DNA of 64,000 bases, from positions 5,456,001-5,520,000 of the forward strand of contig NC_134025.1 of the NCBI RefSeq assembly GCF_964204645.1. Direction: 5' to 3'. A program made the position numbers and the translations under genes. Below the pieces are notes generated by a model that saw only the letters and a program-made list of their open reading frames with translations, had not been told where the DNA came from and searched no databases. Positions 37,621 through 52,524 of the stretch are shown here, in pieces; position 1 is the stretch's first letter; every line of letters begins with the position of its first letter. Source of the DNA: Tubulanus polymorphus (Eukaryota > Animalia > Nemertea).

Positions 37621-40600
37621 TAGCTGATGTGAGTGGGCATCGTATAAGTGTTTTTCTGGCAAGTTTAGTCAAAGTTTCCCTGAAAAAAAAACCTGATGAT
37701 AAACGCTGAAAATATTTTCGAGATAATCTCTTTTCCAAATTTACGGAGTTTTTGCAAGAATTCAATATCTAAGACGCAAAATCATTCCATATAGTAGAAT
37801 CGTTTTCTGACGGTTCCCATTCTAAACGTATAAGCCATACGTTTTATGCTCGGGCACGTACGCGGGGCTTCTAGTTGCTAAGACATGATACTCCCTTTTT
37901 TAAATCGAATAAAGCCTTCGTAGGCGCTTGAATGGAATCAAATCGGCCCACAAAGAACTAAATCTGTGAAGCGTTCAAAGCAATATAACACACCAACAAA
38001 TAACTATATTTCCGCCGTTGGCTCGTTTTTTATCCCAGTGGTTTAGAAGAGCACACCTGCTTGAAAAAAGACGATTCTCACTGGTTATCGTGTATGCTCT
38101 TCATTACAGAATGTGTTGACTGAGGTGTAGTAATGTAAAGGGTAAAGCACAAATATCCGTGCGTATAGAATTGTAATAAAATTCGTCAGTTTTCATGGTT
38201 CGGACAATACGGTTTGTTTGTTAAGAGGTTCTTTGCCGGTATGCTTGCCTAATTTGTCGTGTCGAAGAGATGAAGATAATGTCAACAAGTTAGTATATAA
38301 ACAGTTTATCGTCAACACGTTAATGAAAGCTGAACTCATAATTCAATTCTAAGGAGAGATCACGGGGAGATTGGAACTCCGAGAGAGTTCCAGCACGCGG
38401 TTATGAGGAATATCATCCGGTGCGGAGGACTGGTGGGCGACGCAATCAATGTCGTTAAATCCGGTGCCGTTGAAAAGACTCCAACAGTGCGAGTGGTCGG
38501 GGGTCGGCGGTGCGAAAAGATTTTCGAGATCTCAGTGAAAATAAACGACTATGGCCGGCGTTCATATTCAGCAACAATTTCAAAGTAATTGTGAATGGGT
38601 AATTTAACCGCGTCTAGACATCTTGTTGTTTTATATTCAATTTTACTTATTCAGAATTGTGAAGGTATGGCACCACATCACTGTCTCCATTTTTAAGAGA
38701 ACACGAGGTAGAAAATTGTCTTTGAATCAAATCAATATTTTCCTGATAATGCTATTTGATACGTATGTGGTCTAAACTCACTGATCTAATGGTCCACGGA
38801 CACGGGCCGGTTTCATATTCAACGACTTGCACAGAACGTTCAATTAACCTCGATAACAGAAGGCTTATAATGAAATGTAGCTCCATAAGTTGCCTGTAAA
38901 ACAGGACCCAGAACGGATTCTTACGTGTTTTTTCACTTTTACTCGGCTTCATTGAAGTAAATCTCAAATTACCTCCTTTGGTGATTTTGAAAGTAGTTTC
39001 TTACGGTCAACTACGCTGAAGCTAGAATTTGAAGCCGACGAGAATGCGCATATTATTGTAAATTCGCGGCGTGCAAATTAGCTTAATTCTTTTACTGCGA
39101 CTTCGCGGCTATAAATAAAAGGCGATTGACCATTGCTGAACAATTATGTCCCTCCACTGGCCATATAATCATATCAACACCTGGTCCGACACCTTTCTTT
39201 AATTCAACCTGTAAATGTGTGTGGCCGTATATTATTATTATGATCTTTATGACCAAATTGTATATACGCCAGTTACCTGTCCTTACGAGTCATTGTTCCC
39301 TTTATCAGGTGTTGTTTGGAATTCATAATGGCTGACAATAGAGATTTATATTAGTGGGAGGAACGGTGTTTGTGTTTCAATTTTCCCACCGATTTTTCGT
39401 GTTGTTTCGGCAATTATTGCGATTTAAGTTGTCGTCTACCTCCAAATAGTGGACGCTCTTCTTGCATATGGCGGCCACTCAATCTCGCGCCAGCAGGTCG
39501 CAAGGACCCAGGATCGTCAGAGGCAAATCTTCAAGCACTGCGACAGATGACTGATACCAAGAACTGAACGACCCCAATCACGGCTAAAACGATCAAACAC
39601 TTGAAGTTAGCCCACAGATGGGAGAATTGGCCGCTGTTCTCTCCGAATAACCCAAATCAAGAATTAATGTTCAATTTATTATCGGTAATTTCACCCCGAA
39701 ATGGCCAGATATTTGACTTCATTCTAATTTTGTTGTAAACTTGGATTCTTCTTGGATTCTTCTAAGGATGTTTGGTTGTCGATTGGATGAGGATATGTCG
39801 TATCGGCCTATCACCGATTGTTAAGAGACACACCACACAAAAATATAAGAAAGTAAAACGTTTTGCTTTTTTCGAGTTTACTCTAAACTTGGCTTCTAGT
39901 CAAGGACGAATTTCATTACTACAAACGATTTTACTTCAAAATATTTCGTGGATACCACTGAGGCGTTTGGATACGTGTGTCTTTGATTTTTGGTGCTGGC
40001 ACAAAGACACCCCGTAGGTATTGTTTTCATAGAAAAGCTAAGCTTTCAATGCGTCGCGTATAATAGTAAAAGATGAACAACGCGCATTCTAATGTCTGAG
40101 CGCATCAGACCTCGTGACTATAAAGTGCCATTAATTGAAGGCTTTGTCGTCGCTAATTGATTGATTTGAGGATTTTACGGAGCTTTTCTAAACACGGGAT
40201 GATTTTGAACTGTTGCCACCATCCGCCTATCCATTACAAACGACACTTCTCAATCAGAATGTTTGATTTCGTTCACACTTCTGGCATGAAAGGCTTTTTT
40301 ACGGTGACAGCGAACCCACTATTTTAGTGACGTCGTGTTGCGTCAACATCACGTATCTCGTGGTGCTTGACAACGAAAACAATTTGTCCGAGAATTTTGG
40401 GAGATTTAATCAGATTTTACGAACTGCAGTCGATATCATTTTGCATAAATGAAGATCTCTTAGGCGTTAAGCATTGTAAAACAACAATCTCAATGGCAAG
40501 CAAACGAATGATTGAGCTACTTAATCCAAACTAGGGATGTTCACTTCCCTGGCGCAACCGTGAAGTGAAGACTTACTTATAATACCAATTTTTATCGCAA

Positions 40601-43000
40601 AAAGTATGAAGGTATCAATACAACTTGTAATGGTGCATTTTTAGAAATATTTGAATGACTCGGGTGTCTTAAACCGGATGAAACATTTTTAGTTCGCAGT
40701 TCCTTGGCAAATATCTGCGTGTCTTTTCCGTACTCATTTAATTTGTCGCACATATACAATCGTCCTTAAGCAGCCCAAAGACGTTGCAGAGGTCAATTCA
40801 TAAATTTTTTCAAATCGAAAATAAGATGTTATTCTCAATTCTTGAAATTCTTATTCCCATAAGCAATACGCGAATCTTGGGACAGCATTGTGACATATGT
40901 CTATCGGTCGTTTCTACAGCGATGTACTTTCATACGGATATTTTGACATGTTTCTATATTGATTATACCTTATTATACCTTATCAATCATCAAGAATATT
41001 TCATTTATACTGAATGCTGATTCATCGACTCTAAAACGAAACCTGAATTAAGTACATACAATGACAGAAAAAACCCTGGTTGGTGTAAACAACCGGGGAG
41101 GCTGGCTGTGACTGTTAGCGGTAAAATCCCCTCAGTAAAAATGATAAGTTAATTAATTCAATTTATTCTGAAAATGTATTGTATTCTAAGAATTTATTTA
41201 AGACTTAAGTGCAACAAATGAGTCCATTGCACAATTCCAATATATTGCAGTATTATTGCAAAAACATTTGGGAAATATCTTGCTTTGAAATGTTCTCGAA
41301 AAATTGCCAAGTGGGGATTTTTGGGATTTGTAGATTAACCTACTTTGACTTTGGGGAATTCAACCCAGAGGATTTTCACCTAGATTCTAGGATGAACGGC
41401 GTATATCACTGTTCAATTGTCGGAATAAAACATCATGCACTGTTTGCGATAAGTTGTTACACGGTAAATATTTTTCCAATGGATCAGTGGATAAAACATA
41501 TTTGACCAGGTCTTGATCATATTTACTCGATTTTTGACACCGCCATGTTCGCGATGGTTTTACACGGCTCGTATCAACATAAAATACAACATCGTTGACA
41601 ATAGAAATACCATATCCGATGGGCACTATTAGAGGCGATAAAGCGGATTTTCTACACTTAATGTCTGGATTAAAAAATTGCATTTCAGAAAAATTTAGAT
41701 TGATCCCCACAATATCCACAGCTGCGCCTTTCAGTCACTGCCGATTAACAGGCGCGCAAATCGCGACAATAACAATGATCGCGCAGATTCCACCGAAAGG
41801 TGGCCATGGTAATTAACCATATTAATACCGATAATAACTTCAGCCGCATTCTTTGGATTTCTTTAGCTCGACTGAAGAACACCTCCACCGGCAAACAAAC
41901 GTTAGAAACCTTCAGAAATTCCTGGCCATTATCCGACAAGAATAGACCGGAAAGTTTAGACTCCTTAATTCAGAAAAGGATCCCAATGCTCGATCCTCGA
42001 AACATTTTGTAGGAGGCTATATTGTAGTTTAGGAACAAGACTTGGTATTCCTACCCCACAGTTTGAGAACAGATTTTTGTAAGCGATGAAGTGGCCTCGA
42101 GGGTACTCAACGCAGCATGAAATGAACAACAAGATGGTTCGACTTTTGATAGATTTTATACGTGCGATTTCCCGTGACAATGCTTCACAACACTCTCACT
42201 TAAGATAATGAAAGTCGATTGTGCACCCTTACTTACTCTATCTGAAAATTGGCTCGGTCGGCTGCCTATGTTATCCATACATATAGTTCTAACGAAAAGA
42301 GTGTATTTATTCAACAAAATGCCGGCATTCTTATTTTAGACTGGCCCAAAACTGGAAATTCATCCATACTCACTGAATTCTCATGAGTGATCTGGCTCAA
42401 CCCAATGACGTTATCATCGATCGCTATAAACTATAAACGACAAATCCATTCTCTAATCTACGAAATGGTAGAAAAAATAACTGATACATAACTAATAATG
42501 TGATCGGGTTGAATTTGTATTATTTTGTAGCCGTTTCAATGAATCTTCATAGCAGCTTACAAAACGACTGTATGACATTACAACGTACACGAATACGGGC
42601 GACGATAGAATACAATATTGTCATTACAAACCAAAGTATCACTGGTCGAATATTATTCTAGGTTTATCTTATGATCATTTTCGAATGTTTTCTCTCCACC
42701 TTTTCATTGTCTTATAAGATACTCGCGTGTTTAACCGCTGGTTCGTGTAGACCGCGTGAACTTCACGATCCATCGCAGGCGCGCATGTGTTACGAGTAAA
42801 GGTCGATAACCGCAGTGGAAAAATGCTGTTTTCCACAAATTCATTCTTAAAATAGTCTTACCTTTTTATCATCGACCATCTTATTGTATTAATCCTCACA
42901 TATATAGTCTCGTTACATACGAATTCAAGTTCTTACATTCAACATTCAAAATGTCATTGTCAAACCGAGGAAAATACATTATATCTATTTCAAAGTAACA

Positions 43001-43640
43001 TTAACTCTTTGCATGCAACTTTGTTAAATTTTCAGATCTCAGAATTCTCTGATTTGTTCTTAACTACTTTCAGTACATGATAATAAAGCAATTATGAGGG
43101 CTTTATACTAACAGGGACATAGTAAAACTATATATTTTCTGTTTCAGAACAACCTATTCTATCTAAAAATCTATACTTTTCAAAAATTTTGCTGTCTGGG
43201 GTAAGATGAGGGACCCCAGAAGGCCCCACCCAGGGTGTGGTTGTACTAAATAAGCCTGTTTTTTTTACAGTAATTAGCCAAGGAAAAAAAGAGATCAGAG
43301 AGAAACTGATTATAATTCTCCATTTTATCCAAGCTAGGGCCGTTGTTGATCACTGGGAAAAGTTTTGGGGTCCTTGGGTCATTATGATGGTCAATATCTC
43401 AAGGTCAACGAAAGGTCAAAAAATCAAATTTTAAAAAATTATTTTTTAATTTCAGTCAATATGTCTTCTCTAGTATCCTCTATTGCTGAGTATCCTCTCA
43501 TGAGCTGAAATAAAGTATTCCTCGAGGTGTCTCCGAATATTAGGGGGTCTTTGTGACCCCCTAAATTCCCAGAGGGGTCACCCTAAATTCCCAGAGGGGT
43601 CAAAATGACAGAAAATCTACAAAAAGTCAGTGTAATTTGA
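43001..43640. repeat. Probable degraded interspersed repeat/transposon containing a 22-bp tandem duplication
   Basis: Begins TTAACTCTTTGCATGC (TTAA-type end), is CpG-poor relative to its flanks, and contains ccctaaattcccagaggggtca x2 at 43559-43602. Boundaries are approximate. Confidence 0.4.
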
Positions 43641-45564
43641 ATGACATACTTCACTGATGCGACTACGCCGGCCAAAAATAAACACTGATAAGAGTTAGAA
43701 TGATACAGTGTATGTAGTGCTACTGTGAAAATCTATCTATGTCAGGTATGCGCCGTGTCTAAACGCTCTGTCATAGGCCTATGTGCTGTATACACAGCTG
43801 GTGCTTGTATGGATATAGGAACAGCTTCAGTGTGTTGCCAAGGCCTCCGCGTGATAACAGACATAACATGAAGTACAGAGCTCGATGTATATTCCATCTA
43901 TAGGGCCATAGCAACACTACCCGTTATATGATGTAACGTCACGCACATTTCAAAGGTTTGACGACCGTTACTTCCGGTCACCCCCAGCATGCATAGAGTT
44001 AATTCTGGAGCAAAAATATCAGTTAGAACCGGGGGTTGGTGTGCGGGTTCTGTGTAGCCGGGGTTGATGGGCACCGACATTTCATATGAATTACAAAAAC
44101 GTCGCGTCGTTTTGTACTGCGTAGACATATTGCTTCATTGATAAAAACTGTAAGCGGAACTTATCTTGAAGTTGGTCTGGTTTTTAAGAAATGCGTCCCC
44201 AGAGGTTCACTGTGACGGAGCTGTCTATGCTATTTATACTGACGAATGAATATATTTTCACACAGGGCCTCTCAAATAACTCGCCTTTTAACCTCGATAT
44301 ATCTGAGTTATAATGTATTGTCTCGTATTTCTCCCAGTATCATATTAAAAGGTGAACCACCTCAAACGTACAGTTACAGACAAATATTCCACCATCTAGT
44401 GAATATAGTTTCTATTTGGGCGCTGCAAAAGATGGAAATTATCGTACATAGTGGGTGATATTTTGACACATCTACGGTAGGTTCAGTTTTCATAAGTAAG
44501 GTCTTTTGACATCAGTTTTAGCTTCATTGTTTTCAAGCAGTTTCAAATTGCATTCAAAAAGCGCAATACTTATATGGGTAAATAAATCGTATTGTGCGCT
44601 AGTCGTTTCGTCAAATAAATGCAGATAAGAGCACGTGTGCTTTGCGACGGATGGGGTATCATTTAGAATAAGGCTAATTTTCACAGGAATCGGTTTTCAC
44701 GTATAACGTTGACCCTGGTTAGTAGCATGATGGATGAGTACGCTTTATAGCATAGATCAGAACTCTTCCGAAAATATCCGTAAAAAATCTTCACGAATTC
44801 TGCCACTCGCATGCACCGTCCTCTTAGATCAGAAATCTAAGAAAAGAATCTCACGGAATTCTCCGGGAAATTCTGTAATGTCTAATATAACAAAAGTAGA
44901 AATTATATAATTGTATTATCTCTAAATTTCATTATTCAACCTATGGACGTATATTTTCACATTTCTTAGAACACTCCACTTGCAAATGCTGGCTTTAAGG
45001 TAAGATGCTTAAATGAACCGTACATAGCGCGACCGGGTGCGTTTGCCTCCCGAAATCGTGGAAATATCCCTTATTGCGAATATCATTGTTATATCCAATA
45101 GAATTGCCCTTTCCGGGTTTCTCTGCCCCCTCCCCCAAGAAATTAAAATGCTAGGTACTGATTGCTTTTCTGATCGTAAAAAACAACCGTAAGATATCTT
45201 CCACTTATAAGATCTCATCGTATACACACAATGAATTGTAATAAATTGTAGATCACATCGTGGTTCACAGTGATATCGATTGTTGCTTGGATTTGAAAGT
45301 AAACGGAATTTCTTTACTTATACAGTGTAGGTTATACGTACAAACCAAATTTAAGAACACGACTGTGGTATTTGTTTCGTATACTTTATTCGAACACGCA
45401 TGTATTCTGATTTGCGTGAATCCCGAGAGATGGCGAAGTAGTTGGAGTTAGATAAAATGTTCGCATTATTTTATGGCGTTCATTTATGGCATGGTGTATG
45501 TGAATCTCAAGAGATGTCGAAGCTGTCGGATAACGGCGATCAGGCAAGTTAAAACAGTAGTCGT

Positions 45565-45847
45565 CCCTGGATCCGCCCCTGCGTTCTAAATTCCTGGATC
45601 ACCGATTGGTGAAGCATAACTCCCCTGGCTGTTCAGCCGCTAATACTACGTGCATGTGAAATTATTGATTTTTTCCAGAAAAACCACGTGTTACGTTTAC
45701 GGCAAACACCTAATTGGTGAAGCTTATTGCCGACCGGGTCTAAGGTACCTCCCAAAAAAGATGAATTTAAATGCATTCTTATCATATACCCACATCGATA
45801 GAATAGTTTGGACGGAAAAAATTGGGAATCCCTTAGATCCGCACCTG
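45565..45847. mobile_element. Cluster of MITE-like terminal remnants (cctggatccgcccctg type)
   Basis: ccctggatccgcccctg at 45565-45581, aaattcctggatc at 45588-45600 and cccttagatccgcacctg at 45830-45847; no matching left ends seen. Confidence 0.4.
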
Positions 45848-46986
45848 ATATTTGATTATGGTTTTACTCGTAGGCCCTAATGAAAATTACACCACTACCA
45901 TTATTCTCTCAATAAATGGGAGTATGAAAACTTCGAAAAAGAAAAGGCGAAATAAATTTATCTCTTTATATTTTGCCCTTTGGTACGTGTTATATCGTTA
46001 CACCTAACAAGCAGATATAATTTCACGAGACTATAATAAGATCCAATAACATGTAATACAAAAATATTCTTATTTTTCTAGCGCTCTTTCGTAGAATTTA
46101 CCTATCATCATTACAGAGCGTATTTTGCACGCTCGATCGATTTTAAGCGAACAAAAACTGAAACACATCTCAAATCAGACGACATGTCATTTAGTGCTGC
46201 TGTATATACTCGATTCGCGCGCTTCTCTCCTGACGGCTTGAAAATTTCGTTTTGCAAAGCGTGGCTAGCACACTTGATGGGACCTTTGTGGGGAAACATT
46301 CGCCCAGGGCGTGAATCGTTTACGATGCAAACTATAGTAGATGAGGTAGGCCTTGTTGATGTTGTACGGTTCGCAAACACGTAATTTATATATATACTAT
46401 TATGTATATGATCTAGATGTCATTTGCGCGCAAAGGGCAGACTTTCTTTTGTAAAGTGTGATATTTTCGTAAATGTTTTTTACATGAAAAAAAGGAATAT
46501 TCATTTGTCTCCCAAAATTTCAAGAGTTCAAGCCTTGGGTATCTCGTACTTGTTTTAGAACTAAGTTGAACAAAGTTAAAAGTAGACAATTTGGTATACA
46601 AAATCACTCTAATTAAAAGATTCATTTTTGCAAAGTAGATGATAGTTAATAGACATCTGTTAACCACTATCGAATGAGCAAGCAAGGCTGGCGTTCAAGA
46701 AGTTATCAAAGCTGACAACATTTGTCACGTCTCCGACTGGTAGTAACTTATCTTGTTTTTTTTGCAAATAATTATTGCACCTAATGCGATAGGTTTGTCA
46801 ATCATTGTTTCCCTGTCATTATTTGAGAATTACAAATTCCGATATTGCTGGGAATCCAAAATACAATGATATAAACATGTTTAGGATTTCTCTTGGCCTT
46901 CCAAAGGTCGACTAAAATGGTCATATGACCGATGTGCTTAAACCCATCGACTTAGTCATCTATATTCGGGACCGTTCGTCTCTAAG

Positions 46987-47243
46987 CAGGCCCGTGCGTG
47001 AGAAATATGCGGGTCGGTTCGTTTGTTATTTGGTTGGAATAGAATGGGGGTCTGGGGGCTCCTGGTAAAAGTTTGAAAATCTGATGCTCATATGACCTCT
47101 GAGCGATTTCCGTTGTCAAGGTCTGAATAAATGAACAAAGATCTTATGCATGTTGTAGTAGTTGAAAGTGTAATACGTTTGAGCTTGATAATATTTTCAA
47201 ATCAAAAACGAATTTTTCGTTCGATCCCCCACGCTACAGGCCT
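46987..47243. mobile_element. Non-autonomous DNA transposon (MITE), ~257 bp
   Basis: The left end caggcccgtgcgtg and right end cacgctacaggcct are imperfect inverted repeats; internal gggggtctgggggctcc. No clear target-site duplication. Confidence 0.5.
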
Positions 47244-48407
47244 ACCCAGCAAATTTAAAAAAAAACCAAACAAACACTGACACGGCATTTCATTTTACAG
47301 ACGGAACTGACGTATATTTATAAGACTTGTTCATTATCATGAATGTTTGAGGATGCCGGGTTTCATTATCACATGAACATGTGGTCATTATGCCCATGGT
47401 TGAACTTCGGTTAACCTGACTCGAACCTGACACAGCCAACACGAGCTGTTTGCGCGTCACCACAAAAGGAATGATGGGTCGTGACCACTAGTCAGGACAA
47501 TAGCATTACAACACGTACCGACGTGCAGAGCGACGACGTTTGTCAAATACATTTAAAATTAAACTCCAATTGCCTTTTAAAATGATAAACCAGAAAAGGC
47601 ACAAAGGGCGCGGTCAAGTCGCGAGGACATTATAAAACTAGAATAAGTAATGCGGACTTTAAGATATCGAATGATTTTGAGGATAGCAAAAATTATTCTA
47701 ATCCAATTTTGCTCAATTTTGAAGTTTATGACTAGATAAGATTGGACTCATGTAATGCAATAATTGTTTTTAACAGTTGGTACTGGCATCATACTAGGTG
47801 TACATGCCAAAACCAGCTCAAAATTAGGTTGAAGGCGCCTCCCGAGACGATTGCAGGTGTCAAGACAGTATGTTATGAAACAAGACAGCAACGTGTAAAC
47901 CAACATTTATAAGGGGCCGATTTTGTTGTGGCTTAGTTCTACGGGGGTTTGCTTCATTAGATTCAGAATCTACTTATTGTCATTACGGAACAATTAAAGC
48001 AACTCAAACGCCGCATTTACGACGGGTGACAGATGGACAGACCTCGGGGCTTCATCTTCGAGTATCGCACGACTTTTCTCCTTGAGTTACAACGCACGAT
48101 CAATCAATACATTATTATTCTGAATGTTTCACAGGACTGGACAACGACGCATCACAAAAAGCGCATCCGCGTCCATCAACACAATGTGACTACCTGTGTA
48201 GTTCGTGTCCGTTATACTTCACCTCATATGATATTGAACATTCGCATGGGCTGCACTTGAAAAACATCAATGGGAAATAACAACAATTAGAAAATGAATT
48301 TCCAAGCATTACAAATAAACATTTTTCTTAAAAAGAAGATATTCTAAGCTGATGAGGTGAAATGATAAAAAACATCGGGATTTTTACGCATTTTCTGCTC
48401 AGTTACA

Positions 48408-48437
48408 CCATGGACTCTTGTGAGTCCATGTCCATGG
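48408..48437. mobile_element. Further copy of the CCATGGACTC...GAGTCCATG mini-hairpin
   Basis: ccatggactc-ttgt-gagtccatg-tccatgg. Confidence 0.5.
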
Positions 48438-49300
48438 GTCATTTTGGTTTGTAATGTAATCGAATTTATTTTATATAATAAATGCCTATTTCTATTATGT
48501 CTATATTTTTAACGAACAATTCAACCACGCTTTGTTATGTACTTGAAATGCGGCTTTTTTCACAATGTTTCGATGTATACGTCACAGTATGATATTTCAA
48601 ACGGGATAGTTCGATCTGCAATCATAATGGCTTTATAATGCCCTTGTCTTGGTTTTGGACGTTCGCTGGTTTTCCCTGGGGGTTCAAAATGATCCCTAGT
48701 TAAGGTCAGAGTGTGTGTCATGACCACCTCTAATCGTCATTATCGTCTCATTGGGGCGTCTTCGTAACACGTGCCGCATTCACGACTGTTCAAACGCATT
48801 GATGTAATTCGCCGCAACGAATCTTAATCGAAGAGTAAACTCGATTACGTTCTCGAAATACAACTCTTTGAAATGAGAGATAATTGTCGTCCTGAACACG
48901 CGCTTGGCCCCGAATGAACCCAGACCAGCTATACGCGATCCCGTTTCAATGAAATTCAGTTTAAATATCGTATTTCCGTTACTGACTTGGATTAATATTT
49001 CATCGCATCATTTGTGACATATCGTGGCTCGACGACAAATTTCTATTAAACTTGGGCGTTAAGACGTGCCGGTGTGTATAAACGTAAGATCACAACGAGA
49101 CAATATACGACATTCAACTCATTCGATTAGAAATGATAGTAAAACGAAACATCGATTCGCTTAATTTCCTATTCTCATCGAGCTATTGTCATAGATTGAA
49201 TCCTTGCTTAGGAAGCTGATTAGGGTCAAACACTCGGCACGTCTTCAGCAACTTTTCACCTTTCTCGAATCGTGATGTTTGCTGGTGTATATATATACTA

Positions 49301-49320
49301 TATGTATGTATGTATGTATG
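49301..49320. repeat. (TATG)5 microsatellite
   Basis: Read directly from the sequence. Confidence 0.9.
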
Positions 49321-49865
49321 TATATATATTGACGTGGGAATTTTTAATGGTCGGAGCCAGGTTCATCGGTTATGCGAGAAAGGTTGAATGTGGGCATCAT
49401 TGACAAAGACGAAGTAAAGCCCAATAAACCGCCCCACTAAAGAAATGGCCTGGAGAATTTCCTTCTTCTTCCGAACAACCATGACTCAAAAATCACGGAA
49501 GATCAATTGTCCCTCTGTCGTTCCACACAAGCGAAATAACCACTGCATGTATGATAAATGTAATAATACTACCGGATTCATGAAACCGCTAGTGATGAAA
49601 AGAAATACAAAATGAAAAAAAAATGTCTAAGTCTTTAAAGAATTTCGGCGTAAGAGCGGCGTTGGTTTGGATTACGTGATGACCCGAGAAAAAGAAACGA
49701 ATCATTATTATTTTGTTCAAATTTCCGAATGCAAACAAAAGAAATTTGCCATTTCGCGGGTTTCGAGTCTCATGATGAATTTTAGATATATATGTACATA
49801 TGTATAATTTATCACACTATGGGGACTTCGCTGGTGATGCCCAGCTTGCTGGCCAGTTCAGCTGA

Positions 49866-49986
49866 CCAATTGCATTCGAGACGCAACGCGAGAGGAGGGA
49901 GAGAGTGAGGAAATACGTCGAGGCGGTGAGACGTACTTTAAGCAGAGGCAGCACGCGCTCGTTCGTCCGAGCCGAGGGGTATAAAA
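49866..49986 (+). promoter_or_regulatory. Candidate distal promoter of the nuclear receptor gene
   Basis: CCAAT at 49866-49870, a GA-rich/GC-rich stretch and TATAAAA at 49980-49986, just upstream of a strong donor CAG|GTAAGG. Confidence 0.45.
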
Positions 49987-50010
49987 AATGGGAAACGTCT
50001 AAAACGCATC

Positions 50011-50034
50011 ATGGAAATAATGATTAAGCCACAG
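50011..50034 (+). CDS. Candidate alternative first coding exon A of the nuclear receptor (MEIMIKPQ)
   Basis: ATG at 50011 is in frame to a phase-0 donor (GTAAGG at 50035), compatible with the phase-0 acceptor at 54748. Confidence 0.4.
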
Positions 50035-52411
50035 GTAAGGAATGACCAAATAATTTCTAGGAAAGCCACGAAACACGAGACAGGAAGTGCGGCAGCGACT
50101 TCCGTGCAACAGTCAGCGGTATCACGACAGCGATAGATAATGAATATATGCCCATTAATCTGAAGTTATTACGATATCATGCAGTAGATATTCATTCCAT
50201 CAACAATCTGAATGCTGACCGATTGGAAATTAATTTTTTCTCGATTATCATGAGCACTTGAAAATTAAACATCACAGGTCATCTTCGGATTTTCGTTTGG
50301 ATTCATTTCAGCGGAAAACTTCTGGGGAAATTGGGGAGGTTCCTGGCAAATAATACACAAAATACATTTACGTACTTTTTATCATATATAATATGAATTT
50401 GCAATTCATTTCATAATTCTTTGAATTTATATGCATATTGAATTAGATGTTAAGTACGAGATTATGATAGCAGCAATGTGCTACGCAGGATCGTAAATCT
50501 GAGATGTTAATGTTTAACTGTGAAAAGCTTCGAAATTTGTTGCTGATTGGAAATTGTTGAGAGATCTGCTACGATAGAAAATTGATTTTTCTTTTGTCGG
50601 ATTTTATTGCCTGACCAAATGCATTGTGTTTGTAGTAGATTTTACGCATCAAATCTCTATGTTTACCGCAGATGTTAATAATACGATTAACAACTCGCAT
50701 GGCATGTTGAATATCAGAGCAAACCTTACAAAATCGTATAAAATATTTTTGTTCATGTTTTAGTTAACCATGCTGTCCATTCATACGATTTGTTATGATT
50801 TTGTGTAATAATTTTGCGGTATTTGGTCACCTATTTCCTAGTCTAGACCATGGACTGCCCTTTGTAGCCTGAATAGTACGCGTGAACTTTTTCTGAGCTG
50901 ACCTGAATTTAGCGAGTAGTTCAAGGCATCTCTAAACAACCTCCAGAACTAAATGTGTAAATTGTGTCAACTGCGAATGTCCCAGTAACTAAGAGACCAT
51001 GAGGGTCAAAGGCTAACGGTGGTCTTGGTATCTTAGTTATAAGGTGATGAAAGCTTACTATTTCTAACACTATTAGTTGATTTAGTTCTGAGGGTTTGGA
51101 GTAAGTGGAAGTTGCAAATTACTAGTGAATTTTTGCCCTTTGAGAAGTGCATATCGTTGCTTTGTGTGTTTTGTTTCTTTTCCATTTCTTAGTTCTTGAT
51201 TAGTTTTGAAATGTGGAATTAACTATGGCAAGTGTCGCATTTATCTTTGATGGAAATTGAAGAAGTGAAAATGAAATTGAAGCTATCGCGTTTTAGAAAC
51301 AGTTGTTTCTTATTCCAAATCAGATTCGTTATTTTCCAATCCATCGCTTGTTGTTTATGGTCTTGAAGCGCTTCCACCATTCATGAATGACCATATTATT
51401 GTTTAATGGTGATTAATATTTACAACTGAAGGTCGGTTCGTGCCAGCCAGATTGGTCGATATTACTACCGGAAAGTTTGGATTGGAACTTTACAACCTAC
51501 TATCTATAACGTCATGATAAATCTGCAAATATTCATTTATATACTCGGTGCCTGGGATTGCATCTGAATTATTGACATATTTACGACATTTAATATTTCG
51601 TAGTAAATTCAGTCGGTCTCAACCAAGAATCAGTTTAAGTTATCGTCAGGTATGAGGCGGATATAGACGATATATATCTGTATTCGAATTGAAAAAATGT
51701 CTGAAAAAATATGCAAAAATTTTACGCATTAGATCCGCTTTATAAAGATTTGAATTACAAAATGGTAGCTAACAGTTATCAGATATACACCGACCATGAA
51801 TTTTGTTCTTTCTCTTTCACTTACAGTGCAGCCGAACTTAAACATTCAGCCTTATCTCCAGATGACAAACCCAATAAAAGCTCGTTCCACTATAAGCCAC
51901 CCGGCTTCGTTTTTCAACCTATATACTAAAAATTGTTTGGATAAACGTCCGGTTGCCGATCGCCGCGAGATTTCGGCCGCCGATCATTTTACCGCCTGAA
52001 CAATAGATTTTAGAATTTGAATTCCATCGTCGTTATCGGAGCTAGTAACCCTTGAGGTTAGCTAAAGGGCAATATTAACCGAATGGTCAGTGCAAATATT
52101 CTTCGGATTCGAAGTAATCAGAATTTCAACGCTTTAAGATTTTAGTACGAAAAGTATGACTTTGTTGTTAGTATATATATAGCATTGATAGAATTCATAT
52201 ATTCGAAACAGTGAAATGAATATTCGAATACACTTTTTATTTCTACGGAAGAAAAAATAGCTCAGTTGCAAATTGCGTCTCGATATTTCGAAACAATCTT
52301 TTCTTTTGTAACTGTCGCATCATCCGACGATTCCCCCATTTAAAACCGAGAAAGCAATCGATGCATTGTGCCTCAGCCTCAAGCGATCACAGTTACCCAG
52401 TTTTCTTTGGC

Positions 52412-52443
52412 TGCGCATGCTCATTCGAACCAACGGGCGCATG
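52412..52443 (+). promoter_or_regulatory. Candidate proximal promoter (NRF1-like GCGCATG motifs)
   Basis: tgcgcatgctca at 52412-52423 and gcgcatg at 52437-52443, about 80-110 bp upstream of exon B's ATG. Confidence 0.4.
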
Positions 52444-52524
52444 TACTTTTTTCTGGCCATTCAGAAAAAAAATACGCTCGTTGTTAGCTTAGGTCTCAAG
52501 TAATGTTCGATCGACTTAGCCCGA

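Noticed and set aside
41209-42180. Overlapping ORFs with hydrophobic stretches faintly like a decayed membrane protein/GPCR
   Set aside because: Requires several frameshifts and shows no diagnostic motifs or splice structure; cannot be supported without a search.
47395-47460. B-box-like GGTTCGAGTC on the minus strand (tRNA/SINE?)
   Set aside because: No A-box or cloverleaf.
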